Below, one piece after another: positions 1-10,421 of a stretch of 64,000 bases of DNA (positions within the stretch are counted from its first letter, which is position 1; each line of letters begins with the position of its first letter). Position numbers and translations under genes: made by a program. Source of the stretch: a virus; IMG/VR virus record IMGVR_UViG_3300037225_000138, positions 3,416 through 67,415 of that record; one strand, written 5' to 3'. The notes under the pieces are model-generated. The model saw only the letters and a program-made list of their open reading frames with translations, had not been told where the DNA came from and made no database searches.

Positions 1-3000
1 AAAATGTTCAGCCGACAAGCAAGCCCGAAGATAGGTTCATCATGGACAAAATACCGTCCAAGCCTCCGTCAACTTATAAATCATCTTATCTGGATGCTGT
101 TTCAAGAGGCATTTTCAAAGGAACTGCCAATCTTATCCGGAATATAGGTTATCTTACCGTTGATCTCCCGCAACAATTAAAGACTACTGGCACGGAGACG
201 ATGGTTAAGGCAGCAGCAAAAATTTCAGGCATCAACTCTGATACAACTAAGAAATATGCCGGCAAGATTGCAGAGGCTATTAATAATGGGCTCTATGGAG
301 GTAACACCGCATCATTGGAAAAGGAAGGATATGAGAAGGCTGCAGATTTCCTTGATAAAACGTTAACCTCAATATTAAAAGCCACTCCCGAAGATAAAAG
401 GGGATTCGGAAAGGCCTTGGAAGGTACGGGTGAGTTCCTCCCTGATTTGATCTCTATGGCAGCAGTGCCGGAAGCCAAAGCACCTTTATTAGTGGAATAT
501 GGATTACAGGGCATGTTAAAAATGCTTGAATATTTTGGAGTGAAAAGTTATGTAGAGGGAATGAGGGAAGGGAAACCCGTTGGAGAGAATGTCATTCAGA
601 GCGCAGAATCAACAGCACAGGCTATGGCCTACAATAGTATTGGCGTGTGGTCAGGAGAGATGGGGCAGATTGCTAAGAGCATGGGTGCAGGAGTATGGAC
701 ATCAGAAGCAACAAAGTTATTTGCCAATTCACTCGGATTTGCAGGGATAGGCAAGCCGGAAGATGTCTTACAGAACCTATCTATGGGTGTGGCATTTTAT
801 GGACTAAGCGCCCCGGAAGTGCTTAAAGAGATGGTCAATAAGAGGGCTATGCTTGGTTATATGACTGCCACAAATAACAATATTCGCATGGTATCGGAGA
901 TGAATGTTGATCCTTTCAAAGCAAGGGAAGAATCATTCCGGTTATCCGTGCAGGCAGAGAATGAGACCGATCCTGCAAAGAAAGCAGAATTACTTCATCA
1001 GAAGACAATAGTGGATAATACTATTGACATCCATTCTGTAACCAATAACATTCTTAAAAATCCTGATGGTTTTATAAAGAGTATTCAGGATAATGATTTA
1101 TTGTCTGCCAGGGAGAAGAAGATATGGACTAACAAGATTCGCACTACGATAGAGGAAACAGACCCCAGAAAGAAGGAAGCAGCACCCGTGGTGGAGAACA
1201 TTGACCAGATGCAAAAGGAGCTTAATGACGCTAAAAACGATGAAAATGCGAATCCTACGGAGAAAGAGGCTAAAGTAAATGGATTACAGAAGAAGATTAA
1301 TGAGGAAAAGGGTAAGGCAGAGAAAATCTTTGGCAAGTCCGTGGATGAGTATAATGAGTTAAGCCCGGAGAATAAACAGAGGGATATTGAGCAGATAGCC
1401 AAAGAAACTGCCGACAAAGCACAGAAAGAGGTAGAGGCAAAACAAGTTGAGGAAACCAAAAAGGCTGAGGAAGAGAAGGCCAATATCCCAGCTAAGGAAG
1501 AATGGGAATCATGGGATAAGAAAGCCCGGGATGAGAAAGCAAAGAGTCTCTTGCCCACATCGGGGCAGAAAGCGCTTAATGAAAAGCAGAAGGAAAAACT
1601 GTATTCCGACATCAAGAAATGGGATGAGAGGAATAAGGTGCAGAAATCCGAAGTCAAAGGAGAAGAATCTCCTCTTCAAAAACGGATGAGGGAAGCCAAA
1701 GAAGAGGCCGTATCAAAAGTTGATTACCAGGGATTTTTAAATGATATTAATAAACAAGTCAAAGAACCAGCCACGAAAGAAGAGAAGGCTGACTTGATGG
1801 GACGGATTGAAAAGACAGTTGAAAAGGCAGGCTATAAGTTTGAAGTTGATCCTGACGAAGATCCTGATTTTAGTTCTGTCAACATATCTTTTGAGGGGGA
1901 AGATGTTGAACCCGAACAATTGCCTCCGGTGATGCAAAAAATCTTCGACAATTACGCAAAACTAATGCATGAGTCGCATGAAAATGCGATAGAAGCCAAA
2001 CCTGAACTTAAACTTGGAGAGAATAATTTTGCAAACAGAGATGAGTTATTCGCACACCTTGAGAAAAATGCCGTAGATGAAAACGGAGAATTAAATAAGA
2101 CATGGTTTGATCGGGAGTTGGATGCATGGCCTAATATCGAAACAGTAAAAGCAATTAATGAATGGACAGTTGATAAAAAAGCAGAGATAAAGGCCAAGGC
2201 TGAGGCAGCCAAACCAAAAGAAGAAATTCCTACACCGATAAAAGAGAAAGAGGAAAGGACTCTCACGATAAGGAAAAAACGATCTGCAGCATTTAAACCC
2301 GGTAGCCGGACATACAAAGCAGTTACTCAACCGACCAATAACTTCGATGAAGCAGCATTGCAATTCTTTGTAAGTGGAGGAAGGTTAAAAATAGATGATT
2401 TCATTGCACACACAGGATATACAAAGGGTGGCGCAGAATATAAAAAATACTTCCAGCTATTATCCAATAAAGGGACAAGACTTGATGTGTTCCATGAAGC
2501 CGTTCCTGAGAGTTTTGGCATGGAAGATAAGGGTGCTATGGATATGACTAATGCTGTCATTGATTTAATGAAATCATATCCCTCAAGGGGCAAGATGCTT
2601 GATGAACTTGAACGCAGGCAGCAAGAACCGATGCAATACGAACCTACCGAAGAGGAGATACAGTATGAAAGAGATCAACTTCTAAAATCGAATAAGGATC
2701 TTGACAATTACGATATAAGTGAATATGAACAAGCATTTGCAGATGGAAAACTTAATAAAAACGACTATGAAGAACTTAAAAAATGGCTCGGAGAAGATGA
2801 GCAAAGAAGGACAGAACAACAAAATCTCGATTCTGAATTATATGGCAAAGAAGAGGGCTCAGGTAAAGGGGAACATGAAAAGAAACCTCTCAGAACTGCA
2901 GGGACTAATGAAGAAAAGCCAAGCGTAAGGCTTTGGAAGAATGAGAAGGATACCCCTGAGAGTGTCAGGGCAAGGTTTGGAGTAGCAGATCAGGAGTTCA

Positions 3001-6000
3001 CCCCTGAAGATGTAGATAACATTCCCAGCACCCCTCTATGGAAGCAGAATGGGCGCAATGTCATTGGCGTTGATGATAGTTACATGAAAACTCATTTTTA
3101 TTCTAATTGGACAGAAGGAGGCAACAGTGCGGTATATCCGGAATGGAATCCTCATGGAGATATTCATGTAGCCAATAATGTTGATGACGAGTATAAACCA
3201 TTTGTCGCAGCACATGAGATATGGGAGGAATATAAGGTAGAGAAAAAAGGATTACTGTATTCATCCGCACAGGGATCGGCACACGAACAGTCAAATAAGA
3301 TGGAGATACCTCTGAGGCGATTCTATGATGAGAAACTAAAGCCAAATGGAGGCAAGGTATTATCTATTAATGTCACCGATGAAGGATTCAACTTCAAGTA
3401 TAAAGAGACTGCCGATGGACCGGAGAAAGAGGCGACTATGTTCCCCGATGGGCACATGGAAGATGGTAAGCATGGAAATGATTTAGGAACTGAAATTGAA
3501 AACAAACCGAACAAAAATATTTCAGTAAGGGATTTGAGTAATAAAACCGTTCCTGAATTAGATAACCTTGTTACTCAACTTGAATCTGGGATGAAGGATA
3601 TTTTAGATCAGGGAGATACTAAGCGTGCTGAAAAATTAAATGAACTTATTGGGAAGGTTATAGATGCCCGTAACGAAAGAAAAACTATAAATGAAAAACC
3701 TAACAAACCAAATCCTCCTACTGGCAAAGGAGAAGAAAATAAGTTACCAGGAAGCGCAGAGACAGGTAAGGGCCCAGTTGCTTCAAAAGGTGAGGAGAAA
3801 CCTAATAAGTACACCCCAGAGCAACAAAAAGCCGTAGATGCCATAAACAAGGACTATGAGACACAGATAGCAGAAAAAGAAGCCATAATCCCGAAAGCAG
3901 AGGAGGACATGCGTAAAGCCTTATTAGAGGCAGATAAGCGTAATGGATTGTTTGGTGACACTAAACCACTCGAGCCGGATGAAATCATCAAGAGAGAGGA
4001 TCAGGGCTTCAAATACGATGAAGAAACACGCAATGCAGTTAAGAAACCTTTTGAGGAGAAGATTGCTGAAGCCAAAAAGGATATTGCCAGTCTGAAAAAA
4101 GAGCAAAAATCCAAGATTGGAGAAGTGGAGAAACAAACTTCATTATTTCCCGCAGAAGAAAAACCTACTGAGAAGCCTGAAATAAAACAAGGGATAGAGT
4201 TCAAAGGCAAAACCTATACTGATGTGGATGAGGTACAGGATGCTTTCGATAAAGGAGAATTAACTTTTGAAGAGCAGAAACCCCTTATTGAGAAAGTCAG
4301 GAAATTTGAAGATGATCTTAAAAAAGGAGCTCAGGAGCAGGCAAAGAACATAGGTAAAAGACTTGGTTCCACCGCAGATGAGGCAGAGATTAATTTGAAA
4401 AAGAGTGCTGATGACAAGAACACGCTTTTTATGAAGTTTCTTCCTAATTTCGGGATAAGCAAAGGGAATACCGTTCTTTGGAAGAACGTGTTTATGCCAC
4501 TCAGGGATAATTTAAGTAATTGGGTTGCAGGTAAGATGCAGGCAGGGCTTCAATCGCAAAACAATGCTCTACGATGGTTGGCAAAGGCCGGAGAGATGTC
4601 TTATCGTGGACTTGCACGAACACAGGCAGAGACTTTTGGCAAGAAAGGTCAGATGGGAGAACTGGAGATGAGAGGCACCACAGGTATCTATGCAACGAAT
4701 GAAAGCAATGATGTACTGAATAAACTCCGTGCCATAGTAGGGGGCGATCACGAATCATGGGAAAGAGCACGGAACGCATTGGATCCGGAAATATCAGCAA
4801 CACCATTGAAATATGGAGATTTAAGTGTTCCTGAAAAGAATCTCTATTGGGCAGTAAGGGATTGGAATACATGGGTACATGAGACGACCTATGCTTTAGA
4901 CTTGATTGATGCTAAAACATATCTGAAGTTTAAAGACCCACATACCGGAGAGGTATTATATCTCGGCAGGGCTTATGACACTCATATAACCATGCCCGAT
5001 GATAATGAGATAAAAGCATTCATAGGTAAGGGTGCGAATACTATCAGCGCAGACATATATAAGATGCGTCAGGAAGTGGATGAGTGGAAACAGGCTCATG
5101 CCATCAAAGACCCTACATATCTGACTGCACTTAGAGTAAGGCAGACCATTCAAAATAAAGCTATCAAAGAATACATGGATGGTATAATTGCAGATCATCC
5201 AGAATTTGTCAGGGATATTAAGCCGGGGGAAGCAATTCCAAAGGGATTCACTCAGTTAAGCCGGGCTCGTAGTTGGGGACCACTAAGAGGTAAGGCTGTG
5301 GCACAGCATATTATCGAGGACTTTACAGGATTCCATTATGCAAATCACATGGCGAATAGTATCTATGACGGATTGAAGTTATGGAACCGGCAGAAACTAA
5401 ATCAGTTTTACAGAGCATGGAGGACAACGCTTAATCCTTTCGTACAGACAGGAAACTACACAGGTTCACATTTCTTTGGTGCCATTAATGGATTTAACCC
5501 CTTGGAGATACTTGCCAGAAAAGGAGATTGGAAAAAAGAAGCAAAAGCAAGGACACCTTTATATAAGGCAGTGGAGAGATCGGGTGTTCTCTTGGAGTCC
5601 GGTGTCACAGGTGAGAAAATACCTGATTTTGCCAAAAAGACAAATATCTATAAAACGCTTACCGGAGATCAGACCACAATAGATAAGGCAAGGGACTTAT
5701 TTAACCGGGGGCAGAAACTCGCAGGGGAGAACTACATCAACGTGGAGAATAATGTCAAGGGTGCTGCTTATATGATCTGCAGAGACCAGGGATTAACTCA
5801 CGAACAAGCTATCCGGAGGGTTTATGACTCATTCCGTAACTATGCTCACATAGGAAAGATATGGGATGTAGCAGCTAAAGTACCGCTTGTAGGGCCTACA
5901 TTTATCAAGTTCCAAGCCGATATGCAGAGGATAATGCTTAATGGGATCACGATGAATCCACTTACCACAATAGGTAATTTTGCATTGATAAGTGCAGTAG

Positions 6001-7253
6001 GAACGTTATTTGCTGCCATGTCGGGGGAGTCAAAGGAGGAACAGGATATAAGAGAACACCGGAAGGGAATACCGTCTATTCCTCTGCCATTCAAGACATC
6101 AATACCATTAAGTTTCAAGATAGGTAAGTCTGAGATTAACCTTGCAAGATATCTTACTCCGTGGTATGCTTATCAGAGTGAGGATAACGCACAGGATATT
6201 TCCGACATGAGTAAGTTCTTGCCATTTGAAATTAAGAAGTTCGATAGTCCTCTCGAGGGAGAAAAGAAATATGGGCTTGGTTTTGGCGATGCCACATGGG
6301 GATGGATAGGATCTGTCCTTGCAGATAGGGATTTCCGTGGCATGTCAATACAGAATCCCTCAGCGAACAAATATCATAACCCTAATCCCACTACCGAGGA
6401 ACGCATTATGAACGTTCTGAACTATGTAGGAAGAAGTCAGGTGCCATTCTGGAGGTCAGGACAGGACATATATGATGGAGTGACGGGTAAGTTGGATTTC
6501 TATGGTAGAAAAAGAACATGGGAGCAGGCAATACTTAATAATGTCGTAAAGATTCAACAATTTGATAAGCCTGAACTCAAATCGTACATGGAACGCAATA
6601 TAACCTATCTCACAGGGAAATTTGCCGATTTGTCAAAACGTATGGGTGATGCTAATTCTGAGTTCCTGAGAGAAGTAAACAGGGCACAGGAGCAAGGTGT
6701 CTCTGATGAGGTATTGTCAAACATATATAAGTCTGCAGACAAAACAAGGTCAGGAAGGTTACAGAAGTCATTGGATGAGCAGGTACCAGTGATGAAGGAA
6801 CTCGAAAGACTTACTAATGTATATAAGAACTGGCACCCAGACGATCCATTCATCCAGGAGAACTATAAGCAGATAGAGGAGGGTAAGAGCCGAAGGTTTA
6901 ATGTTATGGACAACATTGACCTGCAGAAAAACTATCCACAGGAATTTAATCTTCTCAAGTCAAATGGACTCCTCAAAGAGCCGATAATACCTAAGTATTA
7001 CATGGGAGAGGAAGTCACAGACGATGAGAAAAAAGAATATGCCAATGTTTATTGGAGAGAGTATCTGCAAAATCTCGATTCATTCGTAGGTCTTACTAAG
7101 GAGCAGTTTGAGGAAGCCAAGAAACAAACCGTAGATCAGGGCATGTCGATTACTTCAGAAGGGCCACGAACGCAAACCATATTGCAGATACAGGCATCAG
7201 AATCCGCTCGTATTGCTTCGCAATGGGCAAAAATGATGTTCCGTTCAAAATAA
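1..7253 (+). CDS. Giant (>2400 aa) virion/ejection-type polyvalent protein, 5'-truncated by the window
   Basis: The frame is open from position 3 through the ATG at 42 to TAA 7253. It has Ala/Gly-rich helical N- and C-terminal parts, long charged coiled-coil stretches and an internal HExxE...AHE domain. A terminator follows. Confidence 0.6.
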   Translation, partial: NVQPTSKPEDRFIMDKIPSKPPSTYKSSYLDAVSRGIFKGTANLIRNIGYLTVDLPQQLKTTGTETMVKAAAKISGINSDTTKKYAGKIAEAINNGLYGGNTASLEKEGYEKAADFLDKTLTSILKATPEDKRGFGKALEGTGEFLPDLISMAAVPEAKAPLLVEYGLQGMLKMLEYFGVKSYVEGMREGKPVGENVIQSAESTAQAMAYNSIGVWSGEMGQIAKSMGAGVWTSEATKLFANSLGFAGIGKPEDVLQNLSMGVAFYGLSAPEVLKEMVNKRAMLGYMTATNNNIRMVSEMNVDPFKAREESFRLSVQAENETDPAKKAELLHQKTIVDNTIDIHSVTNNILKNPDGFIKSIQDNDLLSAREKKIWTNKIRTTIEETDPRKKEAAPVVENIDQMQKELNDAKNDENANPTEKEAKVNGLQKKINEEKGKAEKIFGKSVDEYNELSPENKQRDIEQIAKETADKAQKEVEAKQVEETKKAEEEKANIPAKEEWESWDKKARDEKAKSLLPTSGQKALNEKQKEKLYSDIKKWDERNKVQKSEVKGEESPLQKRMREAKEEAVSKVDYQGFLNDINKQVKEPATKEEKADLMGRIEKTVEKAGYKFEVDPDEDPDFSSVNISFEGEDVEPEQLPPVMQKIFDNYAKLMHESHENAIEAKPELKLGENNFANRDELFAHLEKNAVDENGELNKTWFDRELDAWPNIETVKAINEWTVDKKAEIKAKAEAAKPKEEIPTPIKEKEERTLTIRKKRSAAFKPGSRTYKAVTQPTNNFDEAALQFFVSGGRLKIDDFIAHTGYTKGGAEYKKYFQLLSNKGTRLDVFHEAVPESFGMEDKGAMDMTNAVIDLMKSYPSRGKMLDELERRQQEPMQYEPTEEEIQYERDQLLKSNKDLDNYDISEYEQAFADGKLNKNDYEELKKWLGEDEQRRTEQQNLDSELYGKEEGSGKGEHEKKPLRTAGTNEEKPSVRLWKNEKDTPESVRARFGVADQEFTPEDVDNIPSTPLWKQNGRNVIGVDDSYMKTHFYSNWTEGGNSAVYPEWNPHGDIHVANNVDDEYKPFVAAHEIWEEYKVEKKGLLYSSAQGSAHEQSNKMEIPLRRFYDEKLKPNGGKVLSINVTDEGFNFKYKETADGPEKEATMFPDGHMEDGKHGNDLGTEIENKPNKNISVRDLSNKTVPELDNLVTQLESGMKDILDQGDTKRAEKLNELIGKVIDARNERKTINEKPNKPNPPTGKGEENKLPGSAETGKGPVASKGEEKPNKYTPEQQKAVDAINKDYETQIAEKEAIIPKAEEDMRKALLEADKRNGLFGDTKPLEPDEIIKREDQGFKYDEETRNAVKKPFEEKIAEAKKDIASLKKEQKSKIGEVEKQTSLFPAEEKPTEKPEIKQGIEFKGKTYTDVDEVQDAFDKGELTFEEQKPLIEKVRKFEDDLKKGAQEQAKNIGKRLGSTADEAEINLKKSADDKNTLFMKFLPNFGISKGNTVLWKNVFMPLRDNLSNWVAGKMQAGLQSQNNALRWLAKAGEMSYRGLARTQAETFGKKGQMGELEMRGTTGIYATNESNDVLNKLRAIVGGDHESWERARNALDPEISATPLKYGDLSVPEKNLYWAVRDWNTWVHETTYALDLIDAKTYLKFKDPHTGEVLYLGRAYDTHITMPDDNEIKAFIGKGANTISADIYKMRQEVDEWKQAHAIKDPTYLTALRVRQTIQNKAIKEYMDGIIADHPEFVRDIKPGEAIPKGFTQLSRARSWGPLRGKAVAQHIIEDFTGFHYANHMANSIYDGLKLWNRQKLNQFYRAWRTTLNPFVQTGNYTGSHFFGAINGFNPLEILARKGDWKKEAKARTPLYKAVERSGVLLESGVTGEKIPDFAKKTNIYKTLTGDQTTIDKARDLFNRGQKLAGENYINVENNVKGAAYMICRDQGLTHEQAIRRVYDSFRNYAHIGKIWDVAAKVPLVGPTFIKFQADMQRIMLNGITMNPLTTIGNFALISAVGTLFAAMSGESKEEQDIREHRKGIPSIPLPFKTSIPLSFKIGKSEINLARYLTPWYAYQSEDNAQDISDMSKFLPFEIKKFDSPLEGEKKYGLGFGDATWGWIGSVLADRDFRGMSIQNPSANKYHNPNPTTEERIMNVLNYVGRSQVPFWRSGQDIYDGVTGKLDFYGRKRTWEQAILNNVVKIQQFDKPELKSYMERNITYLTGKFADLSKRMGDANSEFLREVNRAQEQGVSDEVLSNIYKSADKTRSGRLQKSLDEQVPVMKELERLTNVYKNWHPDDPFIQENYKQIEEGKSRRFNVMDNIDLQKNYPQEFNLLKSNGLLKEPIIPKYYMGEEVTDDEKKEYANVYWREYLQNLDSFVGLTKEQFEEAKKQTVDQGMSITSEGPRTQTILQIQASESARIASQWAKMMFRSK

Positions 7254-7276
7254 TTAAATCTCACGTATCGTCATAC

Positions 7277-7314
7277 AAATAAGGGGATGCCGTAATGGTT
7301 TCTCCTTATTTTTT
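7277..7314 (+). terminator. Rho-independent terminator
   Basis: AAATAAGGGGA...TCTCCTTATTT stem followed by a T run, after the giant ORF. Confidence 0.75.
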
Positions 7315-7343
7315 GAATAGCACAAACAAATATTGTAAAAAGA

Positions 7344-7375
7344 TTTGTTTATAAGCAAAAGTGTTTATATCTTTG
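7344..7375 (+). promoter_or_regulatory. Bacteroidota sigma-A type promoter
   Basis: TTTG (7344-7347), 20-nt spacer, TATCTTTG (7368-7375), upstream of the replication operon. Confidence 0.8.
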
Positions 7376-7397
7376 TTTCGTTAAATTTAATTATGAC

Positions 7398-7730
7398 ATG
7401 GAAGAACAATACGGATTAATAAAAGGGATTGAGTGTAAATTCGCAAAAACGGAACCTGCACTTATTGATGCGATCTCAAGAAAGACAGAGATTGGCATAG
7501 AAAGAGTAAAGACGATGATGCGTTATAATGTCTTTACCGTAAGTCAATTTGCTGATCTTACGGGATTGGCTATCTCCACGATCACTAATAAGACAAGGCC
7601 TTCTATAAACAAGGCCACTGGAGGTCTGGGAACAGAGCTCGATTATTGTTTTCCTTATCCTGATAAGCATAATCCAGGTCCCAAATTTATTATTCGGAAT
7701 GAGAAAGCAGAAGAAATCCTTAAAGGATGA
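7398..7730 (+). CDS. Small putative HTH DNA-binding protein
   Basis: 110 aa; TVSQFADLTGLAISTITN resembles a helix-turn-helix. Confidence 0.55.
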   Translation: MEEQYGLIKGIECKFAKTEPALIDAISRKTEIGIERVKTMMRYNVFTVSQFADLTGLAISTITNKTRPSINKATGGLGTELDYCFPYPDKHNPGPKFIIRNEKAEEILKG

Positions 7731-9691
7731 CGTTTAAGGAACTAAATATCAAAACACAGCCTGGGAAAGTAAGATATAGTGTTTTATGTCCTAAATGTTC
7801 CCATTTGCGTCAGCATCATAAAACAACTCCATGTCTAACAGTTAATGACGAACCAGGGAATCAGTGGTATTGTTGTTCGCATTGCAATTGGAAGGGGAAC
7901 TTAGGTAGTATGGAGCAATATGCCAAAGTTCAAGAGAACTCCAGGATGCCAAAACAGATTGCTGAGACTTATTCCAAGGAGGTCAGGGATTATTGGGAAA
8001 GCCGAGGTATTGATATGAAGATACCAAAGAGGCATGGTGTGTACGAATTTTCCATGGCAAAAAAACCGATATTAGGATTCCCTACATATATTGGGCATAC
8101 GCTTGTAGATTCTAAATTCCTTGATATAAGATGGCAACCCGGGCAAGACTCTTCAAAGTGGTGGAATATACCCAAGAAGTTTGGTTCAAGAACGCTTCCA
8201 TGGGGATTGGAGGACCTTAATTTCATTCCCGATGAACCAAAAATAGTTATCTGGACAGAAGGACATGTGGACAGGATGACATGGGAACAGGCAGGATATA
8301 AGAACATCTTGAGTGTGCCATCAGGAGCCCCTAGTCCTGATGCAAAGAACTTCGAGCATGAATTTGACTATATCAACGATAAATACACTCAGAGTAAGAT
8401 CGCAGAGGTTGATTTACATATTTTTTCTACGGATGGTGATGTTCCGGGGATGAAGTTAAAAAATCAACTTGCTCTTATTCTTGGTAAGGAGAAATGCAAG
8501 TACATCAACTATCCGGTAGGCTATAAAGACATTAATGAGGTGTGGAATGGGGATAAGAAAAAAGGGTTGAAAGCATTAGTGCAGGAAGGTGTTGATAAAT
8601 GTTACAAGAATCTATCTTCATTTCCTATTGCCGGGATTATTAGCGTCCATGATGTAAGAGAAGATTTAAAGATACTTGCAGAGAAAGGATTCATCGGAGG
8701 ATTAAAATGTGGCATTGCTGAGATAGATGCACTTTACACCGAGAAATCAAAGCACCTACAGGTGGTTACGGGACTACCGGGAAGTGGAAAAAGTACATAC
8801 GTTAGGTGGCATGAGACAGAGGTGGTAAGGCATAATGCAGACCTTGACCTGAAATACGGATGGTTCTCCCCTGAGAATAGACCCGTAGCAAGGGAATATG
8901 CAAAGATGGCAGAGGTTGTCACCGGACAGTTTTTTAAAGAAGGATGGAAAAATTCGATGACACCTGCATTAAGGGATAAGACATTAAGATGGATAGAGAA
9001 GCATTTTTTCATAATATCTCCTGACCGTAAGAATTTTGATACTTTTAATGGTGAGATAAAATCAGATAAGGTCAATACTCTAAATTCGTTATTTAAGTAC
9101 CTTGTGTATCTCAAAAAAACTGAGAACATCTGTGCCTACGTTATTGATGCATGGAATAAGATTGAGCACGAACAGCCAAGAAATCAAACGGAGACACAGT
9201 ACATCAGTTCTCAGCTTGACTTAATCCTGGACTTCAATGAATATTACGATCTGCACGGTATTATCATAGCTCATCCCACAAAAGTTGAGAAGATAGGGAT
9301 AAACTACCGCATACCAAACTTATACGACATCAAAGGATCTTCAGCATGGAAAGAAAAGAGCGATGTAGGGATTATTCTGCATAGGAATGTGAATAAAAAG
9401 ATAAGGAAAGAGGATATCACAGATACCATGGATGATGACGATAAATATTATGTTGACCCAAATGCGCCTACCATACTAAGAACTGAAAGGATAAGGTTTG
9501 AGGAAGAAGGCACCATGGATAGGATCAAGCTGACCATGGACAGCAGTAAGGGAGGAAGATTCTTTGTGTTCAAAGATGAGAAATCCAAGACAGAACCTTT
9601 GCCGGAGAAACTGAATCCTTCCAAGGGAAGTAATGAAGAAGATGAGACATTCAATGGGCATGATGAAACTTTGGAAAATCTTCCATTTTAA
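7727..9691 (+). CDS. DNA primase-helicase (T7 gp4/Twinkle-like)
   Basis: N-terminal Zn finger (CPKC...CSHC), TOPRIM motifs (WTEGHVD, STDGDVPG, KDINE), Walker A GLPGSGKST and SF4 motifs VIDAWN and IIAHP. Confidence 0.92.
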   Translation: MTFKELNIKTQPGKVRYSVLCPKCSHLRQHHKTTPCLTVNDEPGNQWYCCSHCNWKGNLGSMEQYAKVQENSRMPKQIAETYSKEVRDYWESRGIDMKIPKRHGVYEFSMAKKPILGFPTYIGHTLVDSKFLDIRWQPGQDSSKWWNIPKKFGSRTLPWGLEDLNFIPDEPKIVIWTEGHVDRMTWEQAGYKNILSVPSGAPSPDAKNFEHEFDYINDKYTQSKIAEVDLHIFSTDGDVPGMKLKNQLALILGKEKCKYINYPVGYKDINEVWNGDKKKGLKALVQEGVDKCYKNLSSFPIAGIISVHDVREDLKILAEKGFIGGLKCGIAEIDALYTEKSKHLQVVTGLPGSGKSTYVRWHETEVVRHNADLDLKYGWFSPENRPVAREYAKMAEVVTGQFFKEGWKNSMTPALRDKTLRWIEKHFFIISPDRKNFDTFNGEIKSDKVNTLNSLFKYLVYLKKTENICAYVIDAWNKIEHEQPRNQTETQYISSQLDLILDFNEYYDLHGIIIAHPTKVEKIGINYRIPNLYDIKGSSAWKEKSDVGIILHRNVNKKIRKEDITDTMDDDDKYYVDPNAPTILRTERIRFEEEGTMDRIKLTMDSSKGGRFFVFKDEKSKTEPLPEKLNPSKGSNEEDETFNGHDETLENLPF

Positions 9692-9719
9692 TTTGCATTT
9701 TAATTACCTTTTTAACTAT

Positions 9720-10406
9720 ATGAAAAGCTCAATTAAGGAACACAAGGGCAATATGTATGAAGGGGTGGTGACCTATAATCCACTCGGTGGAGAATGTTCC
9801 CATATATGTTCTTACTGTTCGACCAATGCGCTTAAAAAACGATATGAGGCAGTTAAGAATAAGTATTCTGGCCCACTCCAGTTGTATTTTGATTATCCGA
9901 AGGGAACCGACAGGACTGTTTTTGTTGTGGCTCAAAATGATCTATTTGCTGAGAATGTGCCAACGGCATGGATTGTAAACATACTTCAGAGATGCAAGGC
10001 AAAGGATAACATTTACCTATTTCAATCAAAGAATCCGGCAAGGATGAAACAGTTTGCTCCCCTGTTCCCTGAAAAGTCGATCCTCTGTACTACTATTGAA
10101 ACGAATCGCAGATATGCACAGATGGGTAATACTCCCGATGTTTATGACCGGGCAAAAGCGATGAATGAACACTGGCTTGCAGGTTTTAAAATTCAAGTGA
10201 CTCTTGAACCTTTGTTCGATTTTGATTTAAAGGAACTTGTTTGGTTAATTCAGGAATGTCACCCCGACCAAATAAACATCGGCGCCGATAGCAAGCATCA
10301 CAACTTACCGGAACCGTCAAAAGATAAAGTCCTGGCATTGATAGATGAACTTCAGAAGTTTACTACGATAGCCCGTAAAACGAATTTAGCGAGGTTGCTG
10401 AAATGA
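9720..10406 (+). CDS. DUF5131/Gp37Gp68 radical-SAM-like phage protein
   Basis: YNPLGGECSHICSYC (CxxxCxxC), FQSKNPAR and TLEPL motifs; start placed at ATG 9720. Confidence 0.8.
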   Translation: MKSSIKEHKGNMYEGVVTYNPLGGECSHICSYCSTNALKKRYEAVKNKYSGPLQLYFDYPKGTDRTVFVVAQNDLFAENVPTAWIVNILQRCKAKDNIYLFQSKNPARMKQFAPLFPEKSILCTTIETNRRYAQMGNTPDVYDRAKAMNEHWLAGFKIQVTLEPLFDFDLKELVWLIQECHPDQINIGADSKHHNLPEPSKDKVLALIDELQKFTTIARKTNLARLLK

Positions 10407-10421
10407 ATTTAAAAAACAACA

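Noticed and set aside
1-7253. Virion RNA polymerase
   Set aside because: No DxDxD double-psi-barrel or T7-like polymerase motifs recognised in the visible part.
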